64,000 bases of DNA from Octopus sinensis. Its lineage: Eukaryota. This document shows, piece after piece, positions 1 to 12,281 of this stretch. The notes beneath the pieces were generated by a model that did no database searches, was not told where the DNA came from, and saw only the letters and a program-made list of their open reading frames with translations. The DNA lies in assembly GCF_006345805.1 (NCBI RefSeq), contig NC_043016.1:24614001-24678000 (forward strand), in the 5' to 3' direction. Both the position numbers and the translations under genes were made by a program. Every line of letters starts with the position of its first letter. Positions within the stretch are counted from its first letter, which is position 1.

Positions 1-2653
1 AGGGAATGGAGTTGGGACACATCATAAGAGAGTGAGTACTAAGACAGAGACAAGTGATGTGAATACTCAGAGAAGATAATAAATTGAAGCCAGTAGCCTT
101 CAAACAAAAAGAAGAGTCAACCTAGCCAAATTAACCAATTCTGAAAGGTGAAAGACTTTGTCTAATTTGAGGCAGTGTTCTCAGAACTTTGGGTAATTCA
201 TAGTAGTGAGCTAAACATAAACTGAAGAATATAAGAGGCTGAAATAGAAAAGGTGTGAGAATCATAGTTTGTGAATTGGATGATATAGAGCATTTGAAAC
301 ATGAACAGTGGGTGAAGAGGAATGGGAGAAGCAGCATAGTGAGATTGACACTCACAAAATAATGACTGCAATTAAAGACCAGTGCTCAGATCTACAAAGA
401 CAGAAAAAGGATAGAGAGAACAAGTTGTTCATTATTGGGGATTTGTGGTAGCAAAGAAAGAAAGGGCAAAAATAAAAGATATTGAATACACAAAAGGACT
501 GTAATACTAGCAATCTCAACATAGGTCAGTCATGCATATTAAATAAGAAAAAAAAAGAAAAACTATATTGCAATAATATTGGCAGGAATAAACAGTAAAA
601 ATGTCACATGTAAGTTAATGTAGTCATTGTATAGAAGGAAAGCGGTGAACTCTTTTGTTAGCATATTTCTGATGAAGAATTTAGTAAAATAACTGTCGTT
701 ATTAAACTAATGTTTGGAACATAAATTAACATCAAGTCTTGATGGAAGGTTTTAATTTGAATCACTCTAAAACAGTAAGTGTGATTTATAGAACCAGGAG
801 CAGTTACAGCATGGTTAGTTTGAAAACAGTAAAAAAAGAAATAACTGATTTGTTACATTTCAGTTCTAACATAATTGAAGTCACTTAGTCAATACAGTGC
901 GAAGCGGAGACTATACTCTGCATCCGATAAAATATTAGATATGCCAACCTATTCTACATTAAATTGTATCAAGAAACTATTGATAAATTAGTAAATTCTC
1001 TTAAAAATGCAAGAGAATAACATAATTATTAAAAAATCTAGGAAAAAGTAGTATTATACGCAATTTAGTCATAACATTAGATGAAGTTTGGTTAGGATTT
1101 CAATGGTTGTAATAAATTCCAGCAGATAAACAGTACTTCAAAATTAAAGTGATTTTTCAAATTTAGTTTAGTAGACTAAGGATCCTAGAAATTAAAATGC
1201 AATTGAGATATTTTATAAATCTTGACTTTCAAGATAGGTAGCAGTTCTATTAACCTTGTAACTTTCCTTCAGTTTATAACATTTATGGACATGGGACATT
1301 TTACAATACTGCTTGGTCTGCTAGAAATAGCAGCCAGATTTCTTTCAAATCATACCCCTAAATTATGGTGGCTAAACAATTGTTTGTGGTTATTTGAGAC
1401 ATTTTTTTCATTCGCTTAAGCAATGTTAATGTAAAAGTTTTAAATTTCCCCCATTCCCAAATGGAACAGAATGTTGCTAGATTTGATATAAACCAATATG
1501 AGAAAGATTTAGCATTAGATGTTAAATGAACCAAATCCAGTGAATTAGATTTTAAGGAAACAATGTTAGATAAGACAAAACAAATGAGATAACTGTTTAT
1601 GAAATATCTTATTTAATTTAAAATAAACTACCACCTCAATTATAACTGCTTCAAAGTTGAAAAATCAAGCAAAGAGCTAAACTTGATTTTAATAAAATTT
1701 CCAAGAATTGTATCTGACATTTTAAGTATATATCAAAAAATAAACTTTGCTCAAGAGAAAAATATTCCAAAACTATTGATGGTGATATGAGGAGAGGAGA
1801 GGAGTATTTCTCTTTTTCCCTTCTATGTATAAAGTCCATTTAGTCATTTTCAGAGTGAAACAATAACCTATTAGGAAATGTGCAGGTAACTGTATGCAAA
1901 TAAGAATATAACATTAAAAACATATTCTCTAAAATCTATAATTGAGTCAGCTATATCTTTGCTTCTGTTTCTCTTTTTCAAACTTAAAATTAGTAATTGC
2001 CATGTAAACCGTTTAACAGAATTCTTACATTATTTGGTTTTCTATAGATATTTCTCAAACTAATTTGCTAAATGGCCAATTAAAAGAAACACTACTACTA
2101 CTACTGCCACTATTGTTTACTTCTGATATAAGTTCTGGTTATAAGTGTATTGCTGTCCCTCTCTCTCTTTTTCATGGTTCCTTATGCCCACTTTCCCAAG
2201 GATCAGTACAAAGTCTATACATATGATCTAACAAGGGTGTACGTATTGATCTCATGGAAGGTAGGGAGTGCATTTAACAATCAAGAAGGCTCAGTTAACA
2301 ATGATATATGTAAATTTAATTACAGCTGTTAGAAATTTAGTCCTTCAACTAATTTGTTAAATGTTTCTCTAAAGTATTAGAATATCAAAAGTTTTTCATT
2401 TATCTACAAACATACATATTCCACATTGCTCTACAACATGTGTATATTCACATAATTTTACACAAAACTGAAACATGTAATTTTAAAATGCTGTAAATCA
2501 GCCAGTTGTATTCATGTTTATAAATAAAGGAAAATACAAAAACGCATAATTTTATTTACTCTTCAATTTTCACAATGAAAACTTATTTTTAAAATATTGG
2601 TACAATGCCTTGATACAGTGAATTCTAAATGTAATCATTTTCTCTCAAAACAG

Positions 2654-2950
2654 ACATAAAGCACGGAGGTTACAAATACATATTTTCAGCAGTTGAGATA
2701 AAAGTTTCTGGAACGCCAAGAAACAAGAGACCTTCGGAAACAACAAAGACATCGACGACATTGACAACAACAACAAAAACACCAGCAACAGTGTCATCAA
2801 CTATAATAAAACCAAAACAAACATGGACAACAACAACAAAAACAACTGGTACTACTACAACAACAACAACACAAAGAACAAGTCAAAAGACAACTACACA
2901 GGGCTATGGTAAACCCGAGAGTGGTCGTAACATAAAGGCTGAACCTATAG
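2654..2950 (+). CDS. Membrane receptor gene, exon A: end of ectodomain and Thr-rich (mucin-like) stalk
   Basis: Acceptor tctctcaaaacag|2654, donor 2950|gtaatg, phase 1 to 1. Reads DIKHGGYKYIFSAVEIKVSGTPRNKRPSETTKTSTTLTTTTKTPAT...GRNIKAEPIG and joins the next exon in frame. No upstream exon found in the window. Confidence 0.85.
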
Positions 2951-3233
2951 GTAATGTTACAAAGATAACAAGAAGGAAGTTTTTGTTAGCTGAAAAAAAA
3001 AAAAAAGAAATATGTTAAAATATTTACAATTTGGGGGTTGAGTACATTATCATTATTATATAAGTGTATCAGTAAGAACAACATAGTAACTATAGTAATT
3101 ATATTAAAAGGAAATGTATAAACACTTTATACTGTAAGAACATAGTTTGGAAAATTACGTTAAAAACTTTTCGCTCATATCAAAATTAAGACTATAGCAA
3201 TACAATCTATCCCATTTTATTGTTTATATTTAA

Positions 3234-3728
3234 CCCATTTGTTACCAATTTCTGTTGCTTATATATATAACTTTTTTTTCAATTAATTTCGTATGAAAAT
3301 AAGGAAGAATTTATCAAATTAGCTGTCATTATTATATTGGTTTTAGGAACATAAAATTTTAATGAAAGGTTGTTTTTTTTTTTTATATATCATCAAGAGT
3401 TGTCTCTCACAGGCTGTTATCAAAAGGGTTAAACTTAAAGTTGATTGACATAAAACATTAACTGAGCTACCCAAATAATCATAATAGCTGAGAAATGGTT
3501 TTTTAACCTTTTTGTTACTATATTTCTGTGAAAAATACACTGCTTTTGTTGTTTATGTATTTTGAAAATAACAAAGAATTTAGTAAGATAACATTATTAA
3601 GCTGGTGTTTGGAACAGAAATTGTCATGAAATTTCAATAGAAAGTTTTAACTTAGATTAAAACGTTAAAATAGGAATTTTGTATCCTAGGACCAACAGCT
3701 TGTCTCAGGTGGGTTGATATCAAAAAGG
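3234..3728. mobile_element. Two adjacent piggyBac-like MITEs (3234-3428 and 3507-3728)
   Basis: Each is bounded by TTAA with degenerate CC(C)..TTGTTAC / ATCAAAA(G)GG ends; internal sequence resembles 11066-11285 and a decayed copy at about 650-830. Confidence 0.65.
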
Positions 3729-4137
3729 TTAAAAGTCATTTGAAACAAGATGGTGTTTAAAATTGTATTATTGGCTTACTTTATTTTACAATTTCTGCAT
3801 TCAACCTAGTTCTATTTATGAATAGAACCAGTATACCACACCTGCAATAAAACAGAAATAGAATTAGAAAAAGAGGAAAAGGTCATTTTAAGATTGGTAT
3901 GATAGGGTTATCAAGTAACTCAACTCACCTAATTATCTTGTTTTCTTTCTTCATCTTTTTCGCAATTTATACTTACACATAAAAAAAATAATCTTTCTTA
4001 CCATCAAAAATACTTTTTTTTTTTAATCTACTTCTTTAAAAAGCATTTTATAATACAACATATAAACACATTAATGATTTTACATCAACTCATATTTTCT
4101 AATATAAAGTCCTTTTTATTCTTCTTCTTCTTCCCAG

Positions 4138-4237
4138 GTGGATTTTCAACTGCTGCAGTCCTTGGATTCACTTTGGGCAGTCTGATATTGCTTCTATTGA
4201 TTGTTATCTTACTTCTCCTCTACAGAAGAGGTAACAT
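4138..4237 (+). CDS. Membrane receptor gene, exon B: transmembrane helix
   Basis: Acceptor ttcttcttcccag|, donor |gtaagt at 4238. Reads GGFSTAAVLGFTLGSLILLLLIVILLLLYRRGN(M): hydrophobic span followed by basic stop-transfer residues. Phase 1 to 2. Confidence 0.92.
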
Positions 4238-5032
4238 GTAAGTCCAGTCAGCCACTTATAGTAATACTATTTCCTACTGTTCTATCTAATGATTTTACAA
4301 CCTGTAGAGAAGGGAAGAAAAGAAATTAGTTTTTATTTTTTATAAACAATTTAAATTATGATAATTTCAAAATCTGTATTAAAATTTTTTGCACTTACCT
4401 TAATTTTATATTTCATTGTTTCATTTCTGTATTCGATGAATAACCAAATACTAACCCTATTGCTATAAATTCATAAGTTTCGATATTAAGTAAAACAAAG
4501 GTGCCTTGCTATTTGTGGGCACCTCAAGCTTGGGTGTTTGGTTAGGCAGTTTTGTCTCGCAAATATCTTTGTTTTGGGTTCAATCTTAGGATACAACACC
4601 TTGGGCAAGTGTCTTCAACATTATCCACGAGAGAATCAGTGCCTTGTGCGTGTAATTTGATAAAAAGAAATTGTATGGATGTAAAACACCACCAACTGGC
4701 CCTTGGATGCTATTAGAGGATCCATTCTGTGTTGAACCATTTAGTCCAAGTATAATTTATTTCTCTGACAAAAGCATATTTGAATAACTTTGATTTACCT
4801 ACATATAGACTGAAAATCAAATTGTAATGGATAAATACTTCAGATTTTTGCATCATACAAAAATAGTTTACAACAGCTTAAAAATGGTTCTATATTCCAA
4901 TAAAATAGCTTTAAATCATCTTTAAATCTTTCTTAATTGCTCTTATAATATAAGCTCTTAAAGCATTGCATTTGTAGCCTGGTTCTCACTCTGGATAAAT
5001 ATGTAAAGAATACATGTTTGTATATTTTTCAG

Positions 5033-5183
5033 GCGTAATTTTTCCAATCCTTTTACATCAGGACAATTCTTTCCTAACATTCACAGCAGATTTATTAATC
5101 AAGACAATGTCCCATTAGATGATTTACCAAGTCCAACATATCATAACGAAGGAGGATTTCAAAATCCAGTTTATGGTGCTGAA
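5033..5183 (+). CDS. Membrane receptor gene, exon C: cytoplasmic tail with NPF and FQNPVY
   Basis: Acceptor tatttttcag|, donor |gtaggt. Reads RNFSNPFTSGQFFPNIHSRFINQDNVPLDDLPSPTYHNEGGFQNPVYGAE. Phase 2 to 0. Confidence 0.92.
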
Positions 5184-6248
5184 GTAGGTTCAATAAATAC
5201 TTTCAAAGAATGCATTTCAGAAATGAATTTTCTTGGTCAAATGCACCATATTTTTAATGTAATTTTCATACAATTTCATAACTATTTCTATCAGTGTGTT
5301 TCAATTTTCAATATAATCAGCCTTTTGAAATGGTATTGTAGGATATCTGTAACTATTGCTTATTTATATATATTGGTCATTATTTTGATGTTGACCGACT
5401 GATGAGATTTTGATCAAGAATTTAATTTGAATATGAATACTTAATCCAGGTGGTCTGAGGCTGAATTGTAATTAAGAGTTAAATGATTTCCTTTATAAAT
5501 GTAAGACTTCTGAAAACTTTTATCCTTATGCTAAATTCTTATATATCATTTTATCTAAACTACAATTTAGAAGTATCAAATGTGGCCTTAGGACTGAACT
5601 GTTTTATACCACCTGAAAAATATAAACATATATACAAGACATGTAGTAGAACAAAATGCAATGTTTGCATTATACATCATATTACAAACACAATTGTACT
5701 ATTTTAAACCTTTCTCTAATAATTAGTTTACTGAAGGAGAAATTTAACAAAAATTTTACCTCAAAACTACAACAGTTGTTAAATAAAATAGTCTAAATCA
5801 CACAAAAATAAATCAGTTTACAATACTAGCAGTTCAACTAGCTAAATTAAATATTCTGGTAAGAAAATTAACTTACATGTGGTTTTTGAGTTTTGTCTTT
5901 GTCACCAAACCTGTAAATAAAAATTTTAGCATTAACCAAAAATAGTTGAAAATATTTACATTTTAGTGAAATTCCAAAAATTTCAAGGAAAGGGGCACTA
6001 GTTTTAAGTTAAAGAATGATTTGAAATTTAAATTTTTTTTAATATCCAAAACTTATTTTATTATACGATATTACATGAAAATTATGAAATGTTTTTAATT
6101 TTCAAATGATTTCTAATTTTTTTTTTTTTACTTTATTCAAACCACATCTGGTAAACTTTAAAACTGTGCCACTTTACCAAGAAATATATTTTTTTCTAAT
6201 AATAGAAACATAGTACTTACCAATTGTTTTTCCATTATCTTTGACTAG

Positions 6249-6341
6249 TCAACTAACCGCTCGGCCAGTGGAGGAAATACAAATAATGCGTACAACAACC
6301 AAGAATTCAATAACCCACTTTATAGTTCAGATTTGAACCAA
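6249..6341 (+). CDS. Membrane receptor gene, exon D: cytoplasmic tail with FNNPLY
   Basis: Acceptor ttatctttgactag|, donor |gtaagt. 93 nt, phase 0 to 0. Reads STNRSASGGNTNNAYNNQEFNNPLYSSDLNQ. Confidence 0.9.
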
Positions 6342-7032
6342 GTAAGTTTGTTAAAAATAAACAATGGAATCACTTACCATACATTTTTACCTTTTTATTA
6401 ACACAAACAAACATAGAACAAAGACAGATAATACATTCATCTAACACAAATGCAGCACATACATACATGCATTTATACACACATATATATACACATATTG
6501 TAGAGCAACATCTGGTATAATAATGTATGTTAACAACTGCTTTGTAACAGTTTTGTGTGAATATATATTGTTTATAAACTGCATTATTAGGTAATAATTA
6601 TTATGTACAACTGTGATTATTTCTTATATTCCCCAAATTTTGTGTGTGTGTCTGGGCTTTAACTACAAATAAAATTATTTACAGCAGTTTAGATAATAGT
6701 GATGCTGATAGTTAAGATTAGAACACACATCCCTATAAGGTCCTACAAACCCTTTTTGTGCAAAAGAGTTGGGGTCCCTACTAGCAACTGAATCGTTATT
6801 TATATTGAAGAAATAATGATAATCAATTATAATTTTACCAAAAAAATTTCTCAATTGGCACTAAACTTCTCTTAAATTCCTTCAGTGGGATTTTTTTGAA
6901 GTTACACTAATAAATAACTCTATTTATTCTTGCATCCTGTAACTTTGCCAAATCTTACATATTGGTTTATTGCTTCTAACAAAATTCTCTCCCAAAATAT
7001 AAATTTTAAATCAATTTTGTTTTCTTCTTTAG

Positions 7033-7125
7033 GAAACTTTGTTCGATGATCCCAGCAGAATTTCCCCATCTCTCTCTTTGGAACCTACTAACGATCCTGC
7101 TGAGTTGCAAGACAGCACAATCTAA
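7033..7125 (+). CDS. Membrane receptor gene, terminal coding exon ending in DSTI-stop
   Basis: Acceptor ttttcttctttag|. Reads ETLFDDPSRISPSLSLEPTNDPAELQDSTI*. Confidence 0.88.
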   Translation, partial: ETLFDDPSRISPSLSLEPTNDPAELQDSTI

Positions 7126-7289
7126 GGAAGGAGTCGAGGAAGAAAATATTTTTAAAGTTACTTTAGATTATCATCATCAACATCTGTTGAACATACTGTC
7201 AGCTTTGTCTATCGGTTATTATTGTTTCTTTATAGATTAACCAAAACATTTAAAAGTCTAAAATGTGACTTGTGTAACAATATACATGG

Positions 7290-7426
7290 AATAAATATTC
7301 TCTAATCATCTTGCATATATCAAATTATCTTCCAGCGTATTTGATGAAAGCGCGTTGTCGTGGTGTTTGACATGTTCTGAAAAAGAAAGAATTTAGATTA
7401 GACTTGGTTATTCCCAACTGAATAAA
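7290..7426 (+). terminator. Candidate polyadenylation signals of the receptor gene
   Basis: AATAAA at 7290-7295 and 7421-7426, downstream of the stop at 7125. Confidence 0.55.
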
Positions 7427-7465
7427 TGGCATAACAATAATCTTTAACATTGGTTTGTATATGTA

Positions 7466-7511
<46 letters not shown>

Positions 7512-10217
7512 CAATAACAGTGAGTAGATGGAAGTTACAGTCAAAAATTATTGGAGGGAAAATGGTTGCAAAATAGGTTGGTTGGGTCACGAGTTATTAG
7601 CCTGTCAATGCTTTTCAAGAAAAGGAGTATTATCTCTCTTTGAGTGCAAATTAACGTAATTATATAATTCCATGGGGAGAAAATTATAATCAGAATTAGC
7701 AATAAGTTTTTAGTCTGACTAAACATCGGCATTGTCGGTCTTTTTTAAACATATTTTACAATTCTTTCGTTTGTCTCTCACACGCACACACATACATACA
7801 AGCACACGCGGGTATATTAAATAAATTATCTGTACGATTACCAGTGTCACTGTTATAAAAGTAACAAACAATGAAATGGTATATAATAAATGAGTAAATA
7901 GGTTTTACCTGTGAATGTCCGCTGACAAACGTAAATCTAATTATAATTATGGGTTGAACAAATCCCGCCATTAAGACACAAGGCAATTACGTCTGAGCAC
8001 GGCTAAGGATTGTGAATGAAATGAGACTGACAGCTCGTTAAAAGTGAGGCCTTATCAGCACAAATATAATGACTGTTTGTTTCAGTAACATAGATATCTT
8101 TATATTATTTGGATGTCTACATAAAAACCGTCCTGGTGTGGTATTACTCTCATGAGAGACATTCAATGCCGTACAAACAAAAAACCGCGGGGGGATGGGA
8201 AGAGAAAGGGAGAGAATGTTCTGGAGAGAAAATTATTTTGGGTGTGATGGTTGAGATGTTAAATTAACTGATATCGATAGTAAGAGTTTGCAACTGTAAT
8301 AAAACTGGGGTAAATAGACAGGATAAACTTAATAATAGTAATTATTACTCGATCTAACCGTCATGAGGTGAGTTGCTAATACAACCACATATTACCATTA
8401 TGATTCATATCAAAATGGAGACTTGGTGGATCTGCTTTTGAGGAGGTTTTCCTCGTTTGATTCCACGAATCGATCAAAAGTTCACTTTTTTTTTTTATTA
8501 GTAATAATCATAAATGAATCAAGCGTTTTCTTTTTATGAGCGTTAAGCAATATTATAACCACAAATCGATCATCGTCGAGTTCTAAATCGAAAGTGATTT
8601 CGCAACACGACCGATAAATTATATGGCAACGGCACGATCAAAATTGGCAATTTAAAGTGAATTATGATCCTCGTTTTCTTCCCTTTGTCAGATTTTCTTT
8701 ATAGAAAAATGTTTATCCAGTGATAAATAGAAAAGAGAAAAACTCTAGCTGACAGACCTACCTGTAGGTGAACTTGCTGCCTCAGATACTGACCATCACT
8801 AAGAACTTCCGCAATAAATTGCCATGTCAACAATGGATTGATGGAAGAATGTCATCATTATTTTCGTATTTCATTGCAACAATTATAACACGCTCGATAA
8901 ACAATTATAAATAATAATTAATTTTGTTAATAAAGATTATAATTATTATTAGCTAATTATTAATACTCTGTGCATTTGAAAGCGAATTTTTAAAAAATGG
9001 TGACGCATTAACAACAACATTAGTGATATATTAGAACCGCTAGGGCGGAAAAAATTTCCTGAAACTATTTCTTTTAATGCACTTTCCTACATAACGAGAA
9101 ATAAGTATTTGAAATTAATTTGATTTCTGGGGTTTCATCTGATTAAATCGTTATATCTAGTGCTACAACTACATTATTTCTAAGCACACCCAGATGAGAC
9201 TGCTTAATATATTTTTATTTGCAATGTTGCATCAATAATGACTACTACTTCACCTTTCGAGTGATTAACTGTCTCAGTCCTAAGCAATAAATTACTAATT
9301 TCATTTTAGGTATCGATATGTCAGGGGGGGAAAAAGGTTTCATTTCCCGCTTTTACGAATGAGAAATATCTCTATTATTCTGTGCGCATACGCATTACAA
9401 GTGCATGATTAGTCTGTTAGGAGCTTTAATAAAACTGCTGTCCTTGTCAGTAATACATTTACTAAATATTCTATATAATCTAAATCAAGAACATTTTACG
9501 ATGTAAAAGACACAATGCTCTCAGTACCGAAATAGTATAAGTATTGTAGTGATGAGGATATTTTTTTTTTCGGCAGATACTTTTCACTCGTTTTATTATA
9601 AACTTCAGAAATCAAACAATTAAATTTTAGCGAAATTTGAGTAATAGCTGTGTACCCCACAATACGATGTATATATATACAAAGGAATTTGTAAGCATTC
9701 CTCTAAATTGTTAATGTCATATGCGTGTGTGACAACAAAAACAAACAAACAAAAATCAGAGTAGCAACAAATGGTTGTGTGTTTGTGTTGAAATAATTAT
9801 ATTCAGTAGAGTTAATAAATGTTGAATCGTTTCCAATTTAACTATTATTCAATATGGCCGGAAAATTTTAATAATCAAGAAATATTTTTCATAAAACATT
9901 GGCAACAATTAATTTTAGTTAATTACAAATTAATATAATCTAGGTTTTATTAAAGCGAGTGACTGAAAAATATATAAAAAAAATTTATTCTTTCATAACA
10001 ATGGAATTATGTAACAAATTTTAATGACAGGAAAAGCGCGCATAAACTGTAGCCTTCGATTTTAGTTTCGTATCCGAAGTTGTGTCGCAGTCCCGCTAAA
10101 AATATGATTTCATGTATCCGCATATCTATGGTCGATGGCGTTGTTGTTGCGTACACTTAGGTTCAACGCGGCAAACGCATACCAGTCGCGACTGATTCAA
10201 CTTATTGCAGATATATT

Positions 10218-10271
10218 GGAAATACGTACAGGGCACTTGTACTCATGTACAAGTGCCCTGTACGTATTTCC
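10218..10271. repeat. Perfect 25-bp inverted repeat with 4-nt spacer
   Basis: ggaaatacgtacagggcacttgtac-tcat-gtacaagtgccctgtacgtatttcc. Confidence 0.95.
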
Positions 10272-10466
10272 TTAAGTTACTTATGACTTATGACTATAGA
10301 GGGAGAGATATTACTACTGTTTCTAGGACCACTTAGAGGTCCTATGTTGGCTTGGTATATCATTACGGTCGCAGTGGTTGTAGCGTTTTATTTAGCCCCA
10401 GGTCAACACATCGATTAAACTTACTAATCAAAGACGTTCCCCTCTCGAATATCAAACAGCACATCC

Positions 10467-10672
10467 GAGAGGGTGCTGAAAATTCCTGTCTTTAAGAGTG
10501 TCGCGAAAGGTTGTTTGGAGGCTCAACCTTCCGTGTTTTTTTACAGGGCTTAGAAAAAAAACTGAAGGACCGTTGCAATAAGTGTGTGAATCTGAGAGGG
10601 GAATAGGTTGAATAAAATCATAATTAATCCTCCTGCATTTTCTTTTACCCACAGCCAGGAACTTATTGAACT
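10467..10672. mobile_element. Mariner-derived MITE
   Basis: Begins cgagagggtgctgaaaattcctg and ends ..agccaggaactt; same family as 36514-36617 and 36843-37043. Confidence 0.6.
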
Positions 10673-11065
10673 TTTTTTTTTCATTGTATTTACTAAATCG
10701 ACAACTCATTTCCTATTTCACTTTGTAAAATGACACTTCTATGTGGTCACTCGAACAGAGTGCTAGAAATAGCAGCGAAATTTCCTTCGAATGGTATTAA
10801 ATGTAAAAGAACACATTTGATAATGTGTAGTTTTCGATAAATTTTAGCATTTATCGATTCAAGCTTTTTTTAACAAATACACCCTTTACTATCGTTCTTT
10901 AAATACTAAAATATGAAAGGCACTTTTTGATTCTATACCGTTTTAATAGTAGTCACACTGTTATTAAGTTAAAAACATTTTGATAACGAAAATCCAACTT
11001 AACCGAATCATTTTCATAAGTTTGTCCTATACTTGTTTTCAGACATTTAGTTAAATTTTGTTTAA

Positions 11066-11285
11066 CCCTTTCGTTACTGTATTTATTTTGAGATGCTCTG
11101 TGTTTCTTTCAATTACTTTAAATATAATAAAGAAGTTAGTAAAATAACTTAGTTATCATTCAGCTAGTGTTAGGGACATAAATTATGACTTAGGTTTGGT
11201 GGAAGATTTTAATTCAAAACTTATGAAAACAAGACATTTGTACTCAGAGCCAGAGCCGGTTGCATCTAGATTGGTAACGAAAGGG
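11066..11285. mobile_element. piggyBac-like MITE
   Basis: TTAA|CCCTTTCGTTAC ... GTAACGAAAGGG|TTAA: perfect 12-bp TIRs and TTAA target duplication. Confidence 0.85.
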
Positions 11286-11419
11286 TTAATACATTCTGAG
11301 AAATTTAGTTTCCTTTGACGATTCCCAAGTTACTCTGGTGTTTGAAAAAAAAATGGTAATGTGTATCATATGTAATATATGGATGCCAGGGAATCCTGTG
11401 TATACTATGTGATATATAG

Positions 11420-11673
11420 CAGTGCTTTTCAAACTATATGATGTGACGTACCGGCGGTTTTTTCCCCAATGTGCCAGGGACTGGTAATATTAATTCATAC
11501 CAGAAACAATGTATATAATGAATATAGTAAAAGCTGACAATTATTTTTAACTTATATTTATTTTGTAAACAAATGATACAATACTACATAAGCATTTTAC
11601 AATGTTTCTTTTCTGGAAACTCACTGCGTACCGGCAGCTGATGGCGCCCGGACCACCACTTTGAGTGGCACTG
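11420..11673. mobile_element. hAT (Charlie-like) non-autonomous element
   Basis: Termini CAGTGcttttcaaa ... tttgagtggCACTG; 8-bp flanks atatatag / atgtatag (7 of 8 identical), consistent with a hAT target duplication. Confidence 0.75.
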
Positions 11674-12281
11674 ATGTATAGGACAAGCAAAGGGTTTTGC
11701 CAGACGTGCAAGAAATTGCGAGCCACACCATACGTTTTAAAAATAAAGGAAGATAAATTAGACTATAAAGTAGCTCTGATCAATGCCTGTGCTATGATCA
11801 TAGGTCTCCTGGAAAAGTGTTGACTTCGGGCTAAGCAACAACAAAATTCAAAACTGTTGGATTTTCTTGGAAACTTTACGAAAGCCATTTTACGTAAGAT
11901 CTTGAGAAAATATGGGCAAACATAAATAGGCGGACTTAACATGTTTGCCAAGAATCGAAAAAAAAAATTTAATTATTCCTTCATCGATTCGTGTTGTATT
12001 TTATTTGGGGGCACGATTACTTTTGTTAACCTAAGCAATACCATCACATTTATATTTTAAAGAACGAAAATAAATCGACGGGACCCATGGATGCCTATAG
12101 TTGGAAAGTCGTTGTCCATAGGTCTAGATTAATCCAACAGCTTGTATTAACTTCAAATTCCGTAAATTCCTCATTCGTCTCTCCATACACGTGATTGTGA
12201 TGAACTTAACTGCATATTACCTTGAATATAAAAAAATATATATATTTCTGTGCCGGTAGCACAAAAAAAAAAAAAAAAAAG

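Larger units (their letters stand above)
3780..5910 (-). ncRNA. Putative spliced antisense transcript (lncRNA or microprotein) nested in the receptor gene
   Basis: Three strong - strand acceptors (AG at 5911-5912, 4302-4303, 3842-3843) with matching GTAAGT/GTAAGA donors. Candidate exons 5877-5910, 4399-4462, 3977 or 4002-4301, and from 3841 down; AATAAA at 3780-3785. Confidence 0.45.

Noticed and set aside
1-2653. Further upstream exons of the receptor gene
   Set aside because: Candidate acceptors at about 863, 1853 and 2047 run into stops or lack a suitable donor; treated as intron.
2719-2733. RNKR furin-like site before the stalk
   Set aside because: Followed by Pro at P1', which disfavours cleavage.
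2951-3018. 3' end of ORF-track ORF 2761-3018
   Set aside because: Intronic read-through past the donor at 2951; the TTG start is internal to exon 2654-2950.
8762-8850. Coding-looking minus-strand segment WQFIAEVLSDGQYLRQQVHLQ ending at a donor
   Set aside because: In-frame stop just upstream with no ATG or acceptor; kept only as a possible non-coding exon.
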